A stretch of 63,923 nt of DNA, filler included, from Octopus bimaculoides (Eukaryota), in NCBI RefSeq assembly GCF_001194135.2. It is 7 parts of 6 records of this genome, joined end to end, with 100 filler letters (N's around TTAATTAATTAA, not from the genome) between each part and the next. Parts side by side here need not be neighbours in the genome. Positions count along the whole stretch, not along the records: positions 8,860 to 38,993 come from NC_068984.1; 6 more parts are not named here. The stretch is one strand, 5' to 3'. A program made the position numbers and the translations under genes. Positions within the stretch are counted from its first letter, which is position 1. Every line of letters starts with the position of its first letter. Positions 23,944 through 36,442 of the stretch are shown here, piece by piece. Below the pieces are notes generated by a model. The model saw nothing but the letters and a program-made list of their open reading frames with translations. It ran no database searches and was not told where the DNA came from.

Positions 23944-24929
23944 CATCATGCTTCCAGATTAAGACACTATGTCTTTGTTGAAGTACTTAAAAAAAATCCC
24001 AGCTCTTGAAGCAGAGTGTGTAGCAGGAAATAGTTCACTTCTGTAAGCTAAGCAGTTCTTGAGTGGTGACAGAAGACAAGTCTATTGTGAAAGGTAACAA
24101 GGATAATGAGAATAATAAGCTTAAACAATGAAGCTATAGTACAGATGATGACTTTGTTAATGGTAGTGAGGAAACAAAGCTAAACCTCAAGAGAAATGAC
24201 CAGAACCAAAGTGCCTTCTCTTCAATAACTTGAGAGAAGAAAGTGGAACAAAGAATAAAACAAGTACGGCTTGTGTGTGTGTATATTAATGTTAGTTGTT
24301 TTTATGTTATAATAAAAACAACTTTACATTAATCTAATGGGTTACTCTATACTTTTGTAGAGTACAAACTATTATTCTTAAACAAGGATATTATTGACAG
24401 TGATTTCAAAGTTTCAGCCAGCTGAGCCATGGTCAGACATAAATATACATATGTATATATAAACACACACACACATATATATTTATGCATACACACACAC
24501 ACACACACACATACATACATACACATGCATACACACACACACACACACACATGTTTATGGGGTGGGATCTTTGTGTTTGTACCCCTACTACTTGACATCT
24601 GATGCTGGTTCGTTTATTTCCCTGTCACATAGTGGTCCAGCAAAAGAGAATGATAAAATAAGTACAAGTCAACAAGTACTGGGATCAGTATATTCAGCTA
24701 AACTCTTCAAGGTGGTGCCCTAGCATTAACCACAGTTCGATAACTGAAACAAGTAAATAGTAAAAAAAAAAAAGAATGAAGACCCGTTTAATATCATAGT
24801 ATGGCAATCACAGAAGCAAATCCATAGTTTTTTAATAAGACACCTATATTTCAGAATTATCAAAAAATTCTTCTAGTTAATAGCAAAGAAAGACATAGTG
24901 ATTAAAAATCCTTTTTTACCTTTCTTCAA

Positions 24930-25900
24930 ATGGCAGATGTGTGCATGAAAAACAAAAGAATCCAAATAGAGAGATTGAGAGACCTGTCAGATGTATTTGT
25001 AAGTAATTGCAAGAAGTAGAGTGTGGTTAAAGTAGCGTAAATTCCTGTATCCATTTACACAATGAAATTTTAGCATGATTCCTGAAGCTCTGAATATCTG
25101 TAGCAAAACTATAGACGTTAAGAATAATGCTTACAACTTATTGTCTATTCTTGTTATTCAGACCAAAACACAAGATAAATTATTGAGCATTATCTCTTTT
25201 GTTTGCCAGTCAGAGAGTAAAACTGTATGTGGATTTATTTTCTCCAAGTTTGACAAATTCATAGAAATGAAAATTTTTCTTGGAGCAAATGTGTTGCTGT
25301 GACTACAGACGGTGCTGCAGCCTTGATGTGGATATAATAAAGAAAACACTTCTCACATGAAATAGTAATATCAGAATTGTATCTTTTTACATCATTGTTT
25401 ACATCTTACTGCTATGACTAGAAAAATTAACTTGAAGAATTTTTGCAAGATGTGCTGAAAAATGTTCAATGTTCTTGCCTATAAGCAGAAAATTCAAAGA
25501 ATTTTTGCAAGATGTGATGAAAACTCTTCTATGCTATTTGCCTATATGCAAAAACAATTCAAAAAAATTTTGCAAAATGTGATGAAAATTGTGCAATGTT
25601 ATTTACCAATATACAAAAAAAAAATTCAGAGAATTTTTGTAAGATATGCTGAAAATTGTTCAGTGCTGTTTGCTTTCATGCGAAAAATGATCGGGTGTTT
25701 TCAGAGCAATGCAAGGCTATATTTGCAGATCACACAATTTTTCTCCTGCATTTTATGGTTCAGTAACTGCCACATAGAAGAGCCCTTGAAAGCATGCTGT
25801 CTCTGAAGAATGAACTGTCTCTATATATTTTATTGAAAAAGATGATAGGAAAACTATGGATTTTAGTGGTGATTTTTGCTGGCCTAAATTTCTCATGTGC
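24930..25900 (+). pseudogene. Degenerate hAT (Charlie/Buster-type) transposase
   Basis: TIDVKNNAYNLL (~ESTDV.N.AQLL), WSKCVAVTTDGAAAL (~C..VCTDGAAAM), DHTIFLLHFMVQ (~HT.LL.HTEVRW), in correct order. Confidence 0.7.
25435..25690 (+). repeat. Four-copy 62-66-bp tandem repeat inside the hAT remnant
   Basis: Units start near 25435, 25497, 25561 and 25628 (aagaatttttgcaagatgtgctgaaaa..). Confidence 0.85.
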
Positions 25901-26020
25901 TGGCTCCAAGAGCCACATGCTGGTACACTGCTTCAGCAGTGAGGCTAATGCGTATGAGGGATTGTGATGTTGACACAGTAGAGAGAAGAGCTGCAGCAGT
26001 GGCCAATGGCGAGAGTAGAG

Positions 26021-26459
26021 GAAGACCCATTTAATATCATAGTATGGCAATCACTATGATATTAAGACACTATGAAACTTATGTGGGAAGCGGATTACTA
26101 CCTGTAACCTTAGGTACCTACTAGCTATCAATAGTCTTTCAAGTACTTGAAACCCTCCTGGTAATCTTTCCTGTCCCTTAGGGGGTAAACTTTCCATAGA
26201 AGCTTTACAGGACATTCTGTTCTAACCTCCTTCAACCATTTCCTTATATCTTTACTTACAGTTCCCAACGCACCAATTATTACAGGCACTTCATTACAGT
26301 TTTCATATTATTATCATCATCATCATTATCACCATTATTGGCATCAGCCAGTAATCCCTTGGCATATCACAGTTTATTATTTAAGCTTAAGCTGATTCCT
26401 CTGTGGTGTTGTTTTGCATTTATAATAAAATAAATATATACAAATTGTAAAAATAATTT
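26021..26459 (+). repeat. Mosaic of four pieces copied from nearby loci
   Basis: 26021-54 = 24778-811; 26061-74 = 23958-71; 26076-339 = 23642-908; 26336-459 = 28891-29014. Confidence 0.9.
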
Positions 26460-26754
26460 AAACAGAAGACCAATAACCAGGTGTCCATGACTGATAGCAA
26501 CCCACACTATACTTTGTGGACATCAATCAGCAATAAATAGAGACGACTCCACTTAGAGTCTCTTTCCTAAACACAAGTAAGTGGGCTTCAGGTTTTCAGG
26601 TTAGCACCCTGTTCCTTGGAAAACATTAAGCCATAAAAATAGTTCAAAGTGCAAAAGCACCAAGCTGGAGTATTATGACAGCATCCATGCATCACTTGAC
26701 ATGAGATCATCTAGGTTTAAGTACATAAATAAATTGTGTTATTCTGTTAATCCG

Positions 26755-26979
26755 TTACTTGCTTCAATCATCTGAATGCAGCCATGCTGGAGCACTGCCT
26801 TAAAGGGATTTTAGTTGCAGAAATCAACCCCCAAGACTTATTCTATCGATATCTTTTGCCGAACCGCTAAGATACAGGGATGTAAACACACCCACATCAG
26901 CTGTCAAGTGATGGTTTGGGGACAAAGACAGACACAAAGACACACACACAAATAAATATATACATACATACATACATAC

Positions 26980-27030
<51 letters not shown>

Positions 27031-27172
27031 ACAGGCTTCTTTCTACCAAATCCATTCACAAGGCTTTGGTGGCCCAAAGCTGTAGTAGAAGACACTTGCC
27101 CAAGGTATCATGCAGTGAGACTGAACCCGGAACTGTGTGATAAGGCACCAAGTTTCTTACCACACAGCCACA
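26755..27172 (-). mobile_element. SINE family A, diverged
   Basis: cagccatgctggagcactgcc ... (TG)n ... ccacacagccac. Confidence 0.8.
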
Positions 27173-27582
27173 TAACTTCTATTTCTAAACATTTGAACCA
27201 GCTAAAATTGTCAATCCAATGTAAAAGATGACATCTTCAATGTCTTTGGGGGAAATAGAAGTCATAAAAATGATTAGCATATGATACGGTGATGTTTCTC
27301 CAAGTTCTTACATTTGAAAGGCTTCCTTATATCTGTGTGAGTAATGAAAAAAAGCTTGATCTGGGAAATCCAGATTTATCTTAAAAAAACTAAAGGATCT
27401 AATCTTTTCATCATCCTCTGTTGCTGTCTTGAAATTTTGGAATATATTTTCCTTGAAACTGGGAAAATCAGATATAGATAATTAATTAATCTTTTTATCA
27501 CCAGTCACATCAAGAAAGCAGATTTGGGAGAAATATTAAAAGTGTTGATGCAGCCTTGTTATGATTTGATTCATAAAAAATT

Positions 27583-27792
27583 ATGGTTTGGCACTAGGCC
27601 AGCAATTTCCAGGGAAAGAGATAAATCAATTACATCAACCCCAGCGTGTAACTGGTATTTGTTTTATCGACCCCAAAAGGATGAAAGCAAAGTCGATCTC
27701 AGTGGAGTTTGAACTCAGAACATAAAGATGGATGAAACGCCACTAAGCATTTTGCCTGGCATGGCAATGATTCTGCCAACTTGCCACCTTTA
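27583..27792 (-). mobile_element. SINE family B
   Basis: tggtttggcactaggccagc...attctgccaacttgccaccttta. Confidence 0.75.
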
Positions 27793-27804
27793 ACCACAAG
27801 AAAT

Positions 27805-28204
27805 ACTCTTTTACTCTTTTACTTGTTTCAGTCATTTGACTGCGGCCATGCTGGAGCACCGCCTTTAGTCGAGCAAATCGACCCCAGGACTTATTCTTTG
27901 TAAGACTAGTATTTATTCTATCGGTCTCTTTTGCTGAACCGCTAAGTTACGGGGACATAAACACACCACCATCGGTTGTCAAGCGATGTTGGGGGGACAA
28001 ACACTGACACACAAACATATACACACATATACATATATACGACAGGCTTCTTTCAGTTTCTGTCTACCAAATCCACTCACAAGGCTTTGGTCCGCCCGAG
28101 GCTATAGCAGAAGACACTTGCTCAAGGTGCCACGCAGTGGGAATGAACCTGGAACCATGTGGTTGGTAAGCAAGCTACTTACCACACAGCCACTCCTGCG
28201 CCTA
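27805..28204 (-). mobile_element. SINE family A, full length and young-looking
   Basis: Close reverse complement of 44481-44892, including the (GAGTAAAA)n tail and TAGGCGCAGGAGTGGCTGTGTGG head. Confidence 0.9.
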
Positions 28205-28569
28205 CATGATGACAGTAACTTTCTTGGCTGGATACGTATTTTTAATCTTGGTTGAAATGAAGACCAAAAACTCAACATTCACTTCAGAATATTGATTGCT
28301 TGGGAGAAATAAATGAACCTCAGTTTAAAAAGCTTCTCACAGAAGTACAAGAACATCCTAATTAGTGATGATGAAAAACAAATAAAAAAAACAAAAACAT
28401 ATGCAGATATGGCTGAGTGGTTAAGAAGTTCACTTCTCAGCCACATGATTTTGGGTTCAGTTCCCCACTGTGTGGGCACCTTGAATAAGTGTTTTTTCTA
28501 TTGTTACAAGCTGATAAATGGCTTGTGAGTGGATATGTAAACACAGAAATGGAATAAGTATATCACCAT

Positions 28570-28890
28570 CCTCATCATTGTCGTTTAACGTCCGCTTTCC
28601 ATGCTGGCATGGGTTTGACGGTTTGACTGAGGACTGGCAAGCCAGAAGGCTATACCAGGCTCCAATCTGATCAGGCAAGGTTTCTACAGCTGGACACCCT
28701 TCCTAACACCAACCACTCCAAGAGTGTAGTGGGTGCTTTTTTGCTTACCACTGGCATGAGAGCCAGTCAGGCTGCACTGGCTATAGACACGCTCAAACAG
28801 TACTTTTTACATGCTACCGGCATGGGACAAGTTAGGCATCACTGGCATTGACCACGCTTAAATGGTGCTTTTTATGTACCAGTCAGGTGG
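28570..28890 (+). mobile_element. Interspersed retroposon family E
   Basis: tcgtttaacgtccgctttccatgctggcatggg..tttctacagctgga..ccttcctaac.ccaaccact; related pieces near 20620, 37555 and 40440. Confidence 0.7.
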
Positions 28891-29085
28891 TATTGGCATC
28901 AGCCAGTAATCCCTTGGCATATCACAGTTTATTATTTAAGCTTAAGCTGATTCCTCTGTGGTGTTGTTTTGCATTTATAATAAAATAAATATATACAAAT
29001 TGTAAAAATAATTTTAAAAAAATAAACAGTACAGTACTGTTTCTAGTGTGCTGACTTTCATCTATCATGGGGAATTTTGGAACAT

Positions 29086-29860
29086 GTTGCCAGTGCCCCT
29101 GGACTGGCTCTTGTGCGGGTGACACATGAGGCTTTTTCGAGCGAGATCGTTGCCGGTGCCCCTGGACTGGCTCATGTGCGGGTGACACATGAAATTTTTT
29201 TGAGCAGGGTCGTTGCNNNNNNNNNNNNNNNNNNNNNNNNNNNNNNNNNNNNNNNNNNNNNNNNNNNNNNNNNNNNNNNNNNNNNNNNNNNNNNNNNNNN
29301 NNNNNNNNNNNNNNNNNNNNNNNNNNNNNNNNNNNNNNNNNNNNNNNNNNNNNNNNNNNNNNNNNNNNNNNNNNNNNNNNNNNNNNNNNNNNNNNNNNNN
29401 NNNNNNNNNNNNNNNNNNNNNNNNNNNNNNNNNNNNNNNNNNNNNNNNNNNNNNNNNNNNNNNNNNNNNNNNNNNNNNNNNNNNNNNNNNNNNNNNNNNN
29501 NNNNNNNNNNNNNNNNNNNNNNNNNNNNNNNNNNNNNNNNNNNNNNNNNNNNNNNNNNNNNNNNNNNNNNNNNNNNNNNNNNNNNNNNNNNNNNNNNNNN
29601 NNNNNNNNNNNNNNNNNNNNNNNNNNNNNNNNNNNNNNNNNNNNNNNNNNNNNNNNNNNNNNNNNNNNNNNNNNNNNNNNNNNNNNNNNNNNNNNNNNNN
29701 NACACTCTCTGAGTGGTTGGCGTTAGGAAGGGCATCCAGCTGTAGAAACTCTGCCAAATTAGATTGGAGCCTGGTGTTGCCATCCGGTTTCACCAGTCCT
29801 CAGTCAAATCGTCCAACCCATGCTAGCATGGAAGGCGGACGTTAAACGATGATGATGATG
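29086..29860 (-). mobile_element. Family E copy with a 63-bp tandem array collapsed into a gap
   Basis: gttgcc units at 29086, 29149 and 29212 (period 63), then N; family E end at 29702-29860. Confidence 0.75.
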
Positions 29861-29918
29861 AACACCAGCGATAGTTGAGCAATTACTGTATGTACATTTT
29901 AATGTATGTATATGTGTA

Positions 29919-30109
29919 CAATGGGGTGCTGAAAAGTTCCTGGATTTAAGGGTACTGGGAAAGACCTGGCTGGAGGCCCAACCATCCGAATTCTTTTACA
30001 GGGCTTAGAAAAACTGAAGAATCATTGCAATAAGTGTGAATCTGAGAGGGGAATATGTTGAATAAAACCATAATTTACCTAAAGCCAAGAACTTTTTAGC
30101 ACCTCCTCA
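29919..30109 (+). mobile_element. Mariner-derived MITE
   Basis: TA flanks; TIRs caatggggtgctgaaaagttcctgg / ccaagaactttttagcacctcctca; interior FFYRA/QGLEKLKNHCNK..RGEYVE* resembles a mariner C-terminus. Confidence 0.75.
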
Positions 30110-30479
30110 TATGTGTGCACACATGTGTATTTGTGTGTGTGTGTGTGTGTGTGTCCCCCCTTAATCACGACTTAACATTATGTGATTGTTGTAAAGGAGT
30201 GTCACCATTGTACAAGCAGTGTTGTTTATTTGCAATCTTCAATGAAAATATGTTTGACTATGGGGAAATATTAACTTGCTTGGAATCAAGAGTGTGTGGG
30301 AGGTATCCATTGGATAGAAAATTTGCTTCAATGAATTCCATTTGATCTGTGCAAGCGTAGGAAAATGGACATTAAAACAATGCTGCTGATGGTGGTGGCG
30401 TTCACAGTGATAATGATGATGATGATGATGATGATGTAGCAGCAACAGCAGCAGAATTAAAAACTCTATTCTAAATCAC

Positions 30480-30495
30480 AGCAAGAAGAAGAAGA

Positions 30496-30552
<57 letters not shown>

Positions 30553-30878
30553 TGTGGTGGTAGTAGTAGTCGTCGTCGTCATTGTAGTAGTAGTAGTATT
30601 AGTAGTAGTNNNNNNNNNNNNNNNNNNNNNNNNNNNNNNNNNNNNNNNNNNNNNNNNNNNNNNNNNNNNNNNNNNNNNNNNNNNNNNNNNNNNNNNNNNN
30701 NNNNNNNNNNNNNNNNNNNNNNNNNNNNNNNNNNNNNNNNNNNNNNNNNNNNNNNNNNNNNNNNNNNNNNNNNNNNNNNNNNNNNNNNNNNNNNNNNNNN
30801 NNNNNNNNNNNNNNNNNNNNNNNNNNNNNNNNNNNNNNNNNNNNNNNNNNNNNNNNNNNNNNNNNNNNNNNNNNNNNC

Positions 30879-30919
<41 letters not shown>

Positions 30920-30951
30920 CGTCATAGTAGTAGTAGTAGTAGTAGTAGTCA

Positions 30952-30982
<31 letters not shown>

Positions 30983-31011
30983 CGTCATAGTAGTAGTAGT
31001 AGTAGTAGTCA

Positions 31012-31042
<31 letters not shown>

Positions 31043-31044
31043 CA

Positions 31045-31091
<47 letters not shown>

Positions 31092-31092
31092 T
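30480..31092. repeat. (TAG)n microsatellite with GTC/CAT variants, gapped
   Basis: Direct reading. Confidence 0.95.
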
Positions 31093-32851
31093 GTAGGTGT
31101 AGGAGTAAACTTCATGTCATTTATTTATTGGCAAACATTACACAATACACATTGTTTCCAAGAATTTAATTTTAAGGCCGTTGTTTATTAACTTTATGAA
31201 AACTCGAAAAATTTTAATAACATTCTGTTTCTAAGATTTTAATTCTCATAGTTTTCTTTACATATTTTTAGGATGTTCAAAAAATTTGAATAAAATAAAT
31301 ACTTAAGAAATGAGATCATTTCTATTAATTTATGTGATAAAATTAATTATATATAAAATTGTACACAAGAGAGAATAAGATACAAATTAACAAAACATAA
31401 GGAAATTTAGTTGTAGGTGAATTAAATTTTGTAATAAACAATTGAAGGTGGAAGACATTGAATTACATTAACAGCTCTGGACTAAACAACTCTGTTTAAG
31501 TGAAAAGAGTAGCTTATTAGTGGTCACTTCACCTGCTAGAAATAACAGCCAGCTCACTAATACTATCTTAGGAAAGGGGGATAGCGTTGAATAGTGTGGT
31601 CCTGAGTTCACTATGCTGAGCTAAAAAAGATGGGATTGTCATAACTTGAAGGTCTTTGTGTCTTTGAACAAAGGTCAACTTTGAACTGATCTGAAGCTAA
31701 ACAACAACAGCAATAATAGCAGCGGCAGCAGCAGCAGCAGCACCATATCAGTTTGCAGAAAATTTGTGTTCTTTTGTCAAAGCAAGAATTTATAAAAAGA
31801 AATAAGTTTGTGACGGAACAAGAGTAGACGAGGGGACATTATTGATGAGAACACTAGCTATGATGAAAGAACTCTGATTAACCAACTGATTGATTGATTA
31901 GAGAATAGACTAGTTAATTAATTAGTTAATTAGTTGAATGATAATAATTGTTTCTAATTTAAGCACAAGGCCAGTAATTTCAAAAGGAGTGGGAATTGCC
32001 AATGCCATCAACTCTAGTACTTGACTGATAGTTTATTTTATCGACCTAGAGGAATGGAAAGCAAAGTTGGCTTCTACAGGATTTGAACTCAGAATGTAAA
32101 GAGTTAGAAGTACTGTAAAACACTGTTTTCTGATGTTCTGATGCAGAGTCGGGGCTCTTTTTTTAACCAATTCCACCAAAATATATTTGTTTAGTTGAAA
32201 TTTATAGAAAAAAAAATGTAGACAAGTGTATGAACAACAAGCAAGTGTATTAGTTTGACGCATGGGAAAATGAAAAAGTCTTTTATGTTTCGAACCTACG
32301 CTCTTCAGCAGAAAGGAATAAGAGAAAATAAACAGAGAAAGAAAATGAAAAACACTTGTAGATTTCAGCGGTCCAGCATTTATTTACACTGACATTACCC
32401 ACCTGATTTGAAAGGAAGAAAATAATAGATTCTTTGAATTCAAAAGTTTTATTGAATCTATTTTATTCAATTTATTTATATGAATCTATTTACATGTCCA
32501 TCACATTGTACAGATGCAGTGTTCCCAGAAGAAATATATCTATCATACCAAGGAACACGCTTTTTATACAATTCTACTTATGTTTGATGAGTCCTCATTA
32601 CCCCCAAGAATTTCCTTTTTACTCCACTTGGAGTAATTTAACTTGGTTCGCCGACCCCTGCTCTAATGATTCTACCAACTCACCACCCTTTTGTTAATCC
32701 TTGATAATAATAAAAAGAAGTGAAATACAACTATATTTTGTGTGTGTGTATGTGTGTACATATATTTGTACTTATCTTTTCTCCCCGCTTTTTACTTGTC
32801 TCAATCATTGAACTGAAGCTATACTGAGGAACAATCCTGAAGGGTTTAGTC

Positions 32852-33151
32852 CAGGGCTGGCTAACCTGAGGGCCCACAGGCCACATGCAGCACACAGACT
32901 TTTATCTCACAGCCTGTTTGATACTTTCTTGAAATGGGATTATTTAAACAAACATTTTAAAAATTTTATCAAAAATTAGAGATTGTAATGAAAAGTAAAA
33001 ATGAAATACTACTGTTTTTGCAATGATAATATTTCTTGTTGAATCAATGATCATTCATTCATTGTTGTAGTAATAGCACGAGAAAGCAAAATGCTTTCAA
33101 TTCTGTCAGTATCCAAGTGGCCCACAATTTAATTCGAGTTGGCCAGGCCTC
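32852..33151. mobile_element. hAT MITE 1
   Basis: Ends cagggctggctaacc / gagttggccaggcctc; 8-bp flanks gtttagtc and gtttagac. Confidence 0.7.
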
Positions 33152-33159
33152 GTTTAGAC

Positions 33160-33456
33160 CAGGGGTTTTCAAACTTTTTGACTTGCGGACCCCTTTATAT
33201 TTTAGGCTTTACCTTAGGGACCCCCTTATAAACCCTTATGAAATTTATGCATAAATATTTGCTTAAAATAACATATATTTTTACATTTATTTATTTAACA
33301 GTATTTAACAAATAGGTTTATTGTCAATTAAAAGATTTCGATTAAAAAACATATATAAAATCAAATTGCCCATAAAAAGTATTTGCTGTCTACGGACCTC
33401 TTGTCTTGTCCTTGCAGACCCCCTGTGGTTCGCGGACCACAGTTTGAAAACCCCTG
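33160..33456. mobile_element. hAT MITE 2
   Basis: Perfect 16-bp TIR CAGGGGTTTTCAAACT / AGTTTGAAAACCCCTG; 8-bp flanks gtttagac and atttagac. Confidence 0.9.
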
Positions 33457-33464
33457 ATTTAGAC

Positions 33465-33835
33465 AAATAAATCAACCCTAGCACTTTTTTCTTTAAAGCT
33501 TGGTACTTATTTTATTGGTTTCTTCTGCCAAAGCACTTACTTACAAGGACATAAACAAACCAACACCATTTGCCAAGCAGTAGTAGTGGGACAAACATAG
33601 GCACAAAGACACAGACACAAAGGCACATGCAAGCATGTGCACACACACACACACACACACATACACGCATATATACAACAGGCTTTTAGTTTCCATCCAC
33701 CAAATCCACTCACAAGGCTTTGGCCGACCTGAGGCTATAATAGAAGACACTTGCCCAAAGTGCCACACAGTGAGACTGAACACAGGACACTGTGGTTGGG
33801 AAGCAAACATCTTACCACACAGCCATGCCTGCACC
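33465..33835 (-). mobile_element. SINE family A, host of the two hAT MITEs (rest of tail at ~32775-32851)
   Basis: Tail sequence is continuous across the two insertions. Confidence 0.7.
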
Positions 33836-33994
33836 TATGTCAAATACTACAGATTGATATATCGATAAAATAAAGTATCAATCAAGAAATGACGGTTGAT
33901 TTGATGTTGCCATTACAGTGTTACCTTAGATGTGAATGGAATTGTAATAGAAGATTGACTAACGATTGACCTGACCCATAATATGTCAACATGG

Positions 33995-34620
33995 AAAAAT
34001 AACGGATGTAATAAAAATGATGACAGTAGTGGTGGTGGTGGTGGTGGAGGTGGTAGTAATGGTTGTGGTGGTAATGGTTGTGGTGGTGGTAATGGTTGTG
34101 GTGGTGATGGTGGTGGTAGTGTTGGTGATGCTGTGGTGNNNNNNNNNNNNNNNNNNNNNNNNNNNNNNNNNNNNNNNNNNNNNNNNNNNNNNNNNNNNNN
34201 NNNNNNNNNNNNNNNNNNNNNNNNNNNNNNNNNNNNNNNNNNNNNNNNNNNNNNNNNNNNNNNNNNNNNNNNNNNNNNNNNNNNNNNNNNNNNNNNNNNN
34301 NNNNNNNNNNNNNNNNNNNNNNNNNNNNNNNNNNNNNNNNNNNNNNNNNNNNNNNNNNNNNNNGTGGTGGTAATGGTTGTGGTGGTGGTAATGATTGTGG
34401 TGGTGATGGTTGTGGTGGTGGTAATGGTTGTGGTGGTGGTAATGGTTGTGGTGGTGATGATGGTGGTAGTAATGGTTGTGGTGGTAATGGTTGTGGTTGT
34501 GGTAATGGTTGTGGTGGTGATGGTGGTGGTAGTGACGATGACGATAATGATGATGACAACAATGATGATGATAATGATGATGACGACGACAACGATGACG
34601 AGGGTGATGATGATGATGAG
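33995..34620. repeat. (GGT/GAT/AAT)n trinucleotide mosaic, gapped
   Basis: Direct reading; poly-G/V/H/T ORFs are artefacts. Confidence 0.95.
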
Positions 34621-35249
34621 ATAAGGTTAACGCTACAAGAATGGCTGAAATCGGCAAAAACAATAAATGCATAATTTCAAAAATAGAAATGAAGTGATTG
34701 TGGTGGTGGTGGTGGTGGTGACGGCGGTGGCAGTGATATTTATATGATGGTGTTGGCTGTAAGGAACCACCCATTAGAGTATCGTGGCAGTATGCTAATG
34801 TTGTGCTATGATAATTAGTCAACATTGTTTGTTTAGTTATCAAGATAACTTAGTCGTGTCTGAATTAAAGACCAAAATATCTTACAAGACCATTGCTTGT
34901 ACATTTTATAGAAAAGTAAAGGAATTTTATCTTTACTCTAGAAAATGGTGGCAGTATTGTTTACACCCAGGCCAACCATGATAAAGCAGACTTACAATAA
35001 AGGCATTCAAGCTATGACTGTCTTACCATTTTAGGGGTATATAGGCAGGGCTGGATTAAGTTCCATGGAGACTCTCGATGCATTTAAAAGATTTTCATGC
35101 CCCCATATATGTATAATTCAAAATACAAACAATAATAAGCCATAAAATAAATTTTTATTTTTCAAAATGAAGCAAGACTAACAGTAAGAAGGAGAATAAT
35201 GTTTATTTTTACATACTTCCACTTTATTTATATTTGAAAAGTTTTCTTT

Positions 35250-35660
35250 AGGCATAGGAGTGGCTGTGTGGTAAGTAGCTTGCTTATGAACCACATGGTT
35301 CTGGGTTCAGTCCCACTGCGTGGCACCTTGTGCAAGTGTCTTCTACTATAGCCTCGGGCCGACCAAAGCTTTGTGAGTAGATTTGGTAGATGGAAACTGA
35401 AAGAAATTAATGTCTAAGTGGTTGAACACTCCACAAACATTCATACCCTTTATGTAGTTCTCAGGGAGATTCAGTGTGACACAGATGTGTGACAAAGCTT
35501 TACTTTTGAAATACAAGTACTACTCATTATTGCCAGCTGAGTGAACAGGAGCAATGTGAAATAAAGTGTCTTGCTCAAGGACACAACAGATCACAGGGAA
35601 TTGAACTCTTGACCTTACAATCATGAGCCGAACACCCTAACCACTAAGCCACATGCCTTT
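35250..35660. mobile_element. SINE A head (+, 35250-35405) abutting a diverged SINE C (-, 35410-35660)
   Basis: ggcataggagtggctgtgtggtaagtagc..; then ctcagggagattcagtgtgacacag..ctaaccactaagccacatgcc. Confidence 0.7.
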
Positions 35661-36154
35661 ACTGTTTTACATAATAAATCATTACATAATAAGACATATG
35701 ATAAATGATTTGAGGGAAATTTTGGCAGCTTTTTCTAGTAGTTTGAGTGATTACGTAAATACTCACTCATTAGTTCGTATAAGTTAGAAAATGTAACATT
35801 GTATATAAATGGTAAAGAATTGCTGAGGGAATACGACTGAGTATGAAAAGCATCAGGTGATATTGAGGTAACTGGTTGTTTGGACAAGTGACAAATGAAG
35901 AATAATACATGCTGATCCAATGTGTAATGTGGTTCTTGATAATAGGTTACATAGAACTGAGCCAAGAATGTAAGGTTGGTTCTGTGATCTGAAAGAATGG
36001 AAACTCTCAAGAGAATCACAAGAGAAAACACCAATATGGCAGACCTATTAACTCCAAGCTGGAATGTGTATAGCTTATGCTGTTCATCAAGATATATGTT
36101 TATATTTGTGTGTGTATACGTTTGTATGTTCGTATATACAAATTTATATTCATG

Positions 36155-36196
<42 letters not shown>

Positions 36197-36385
36197 GAGG
36201 GAGAGAGAGAGACAGACAGACAGACAGAGAGAGAGACAGACAGACAGAGATAGAGAAAGATAAATAGATGGATTAGATAGATGAATACATAGATAGATAG
36301 ACTGATAGGTAGACATACACGTACAGTCACACACATACATATGTGTAACACAATGCTTGTTTGTATGTATATGTATGCATGTATA

Positions 36386-36441
<56 letters not shown>

Positions 36442-36442
<1 letters not shown>

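Noticed and set aside
29086-29216. CRISPR-like regular repeat
   Set aside because: Contiguous 63-bp units with related variable parts, no unique spacers, no cas genes, eukaryotic context.
30500-34843. Poly-Y/S/T/H/G/V ORFs, also at 63409-63750
   Set aside because: Trinucleotide microsatellites plus N runs.
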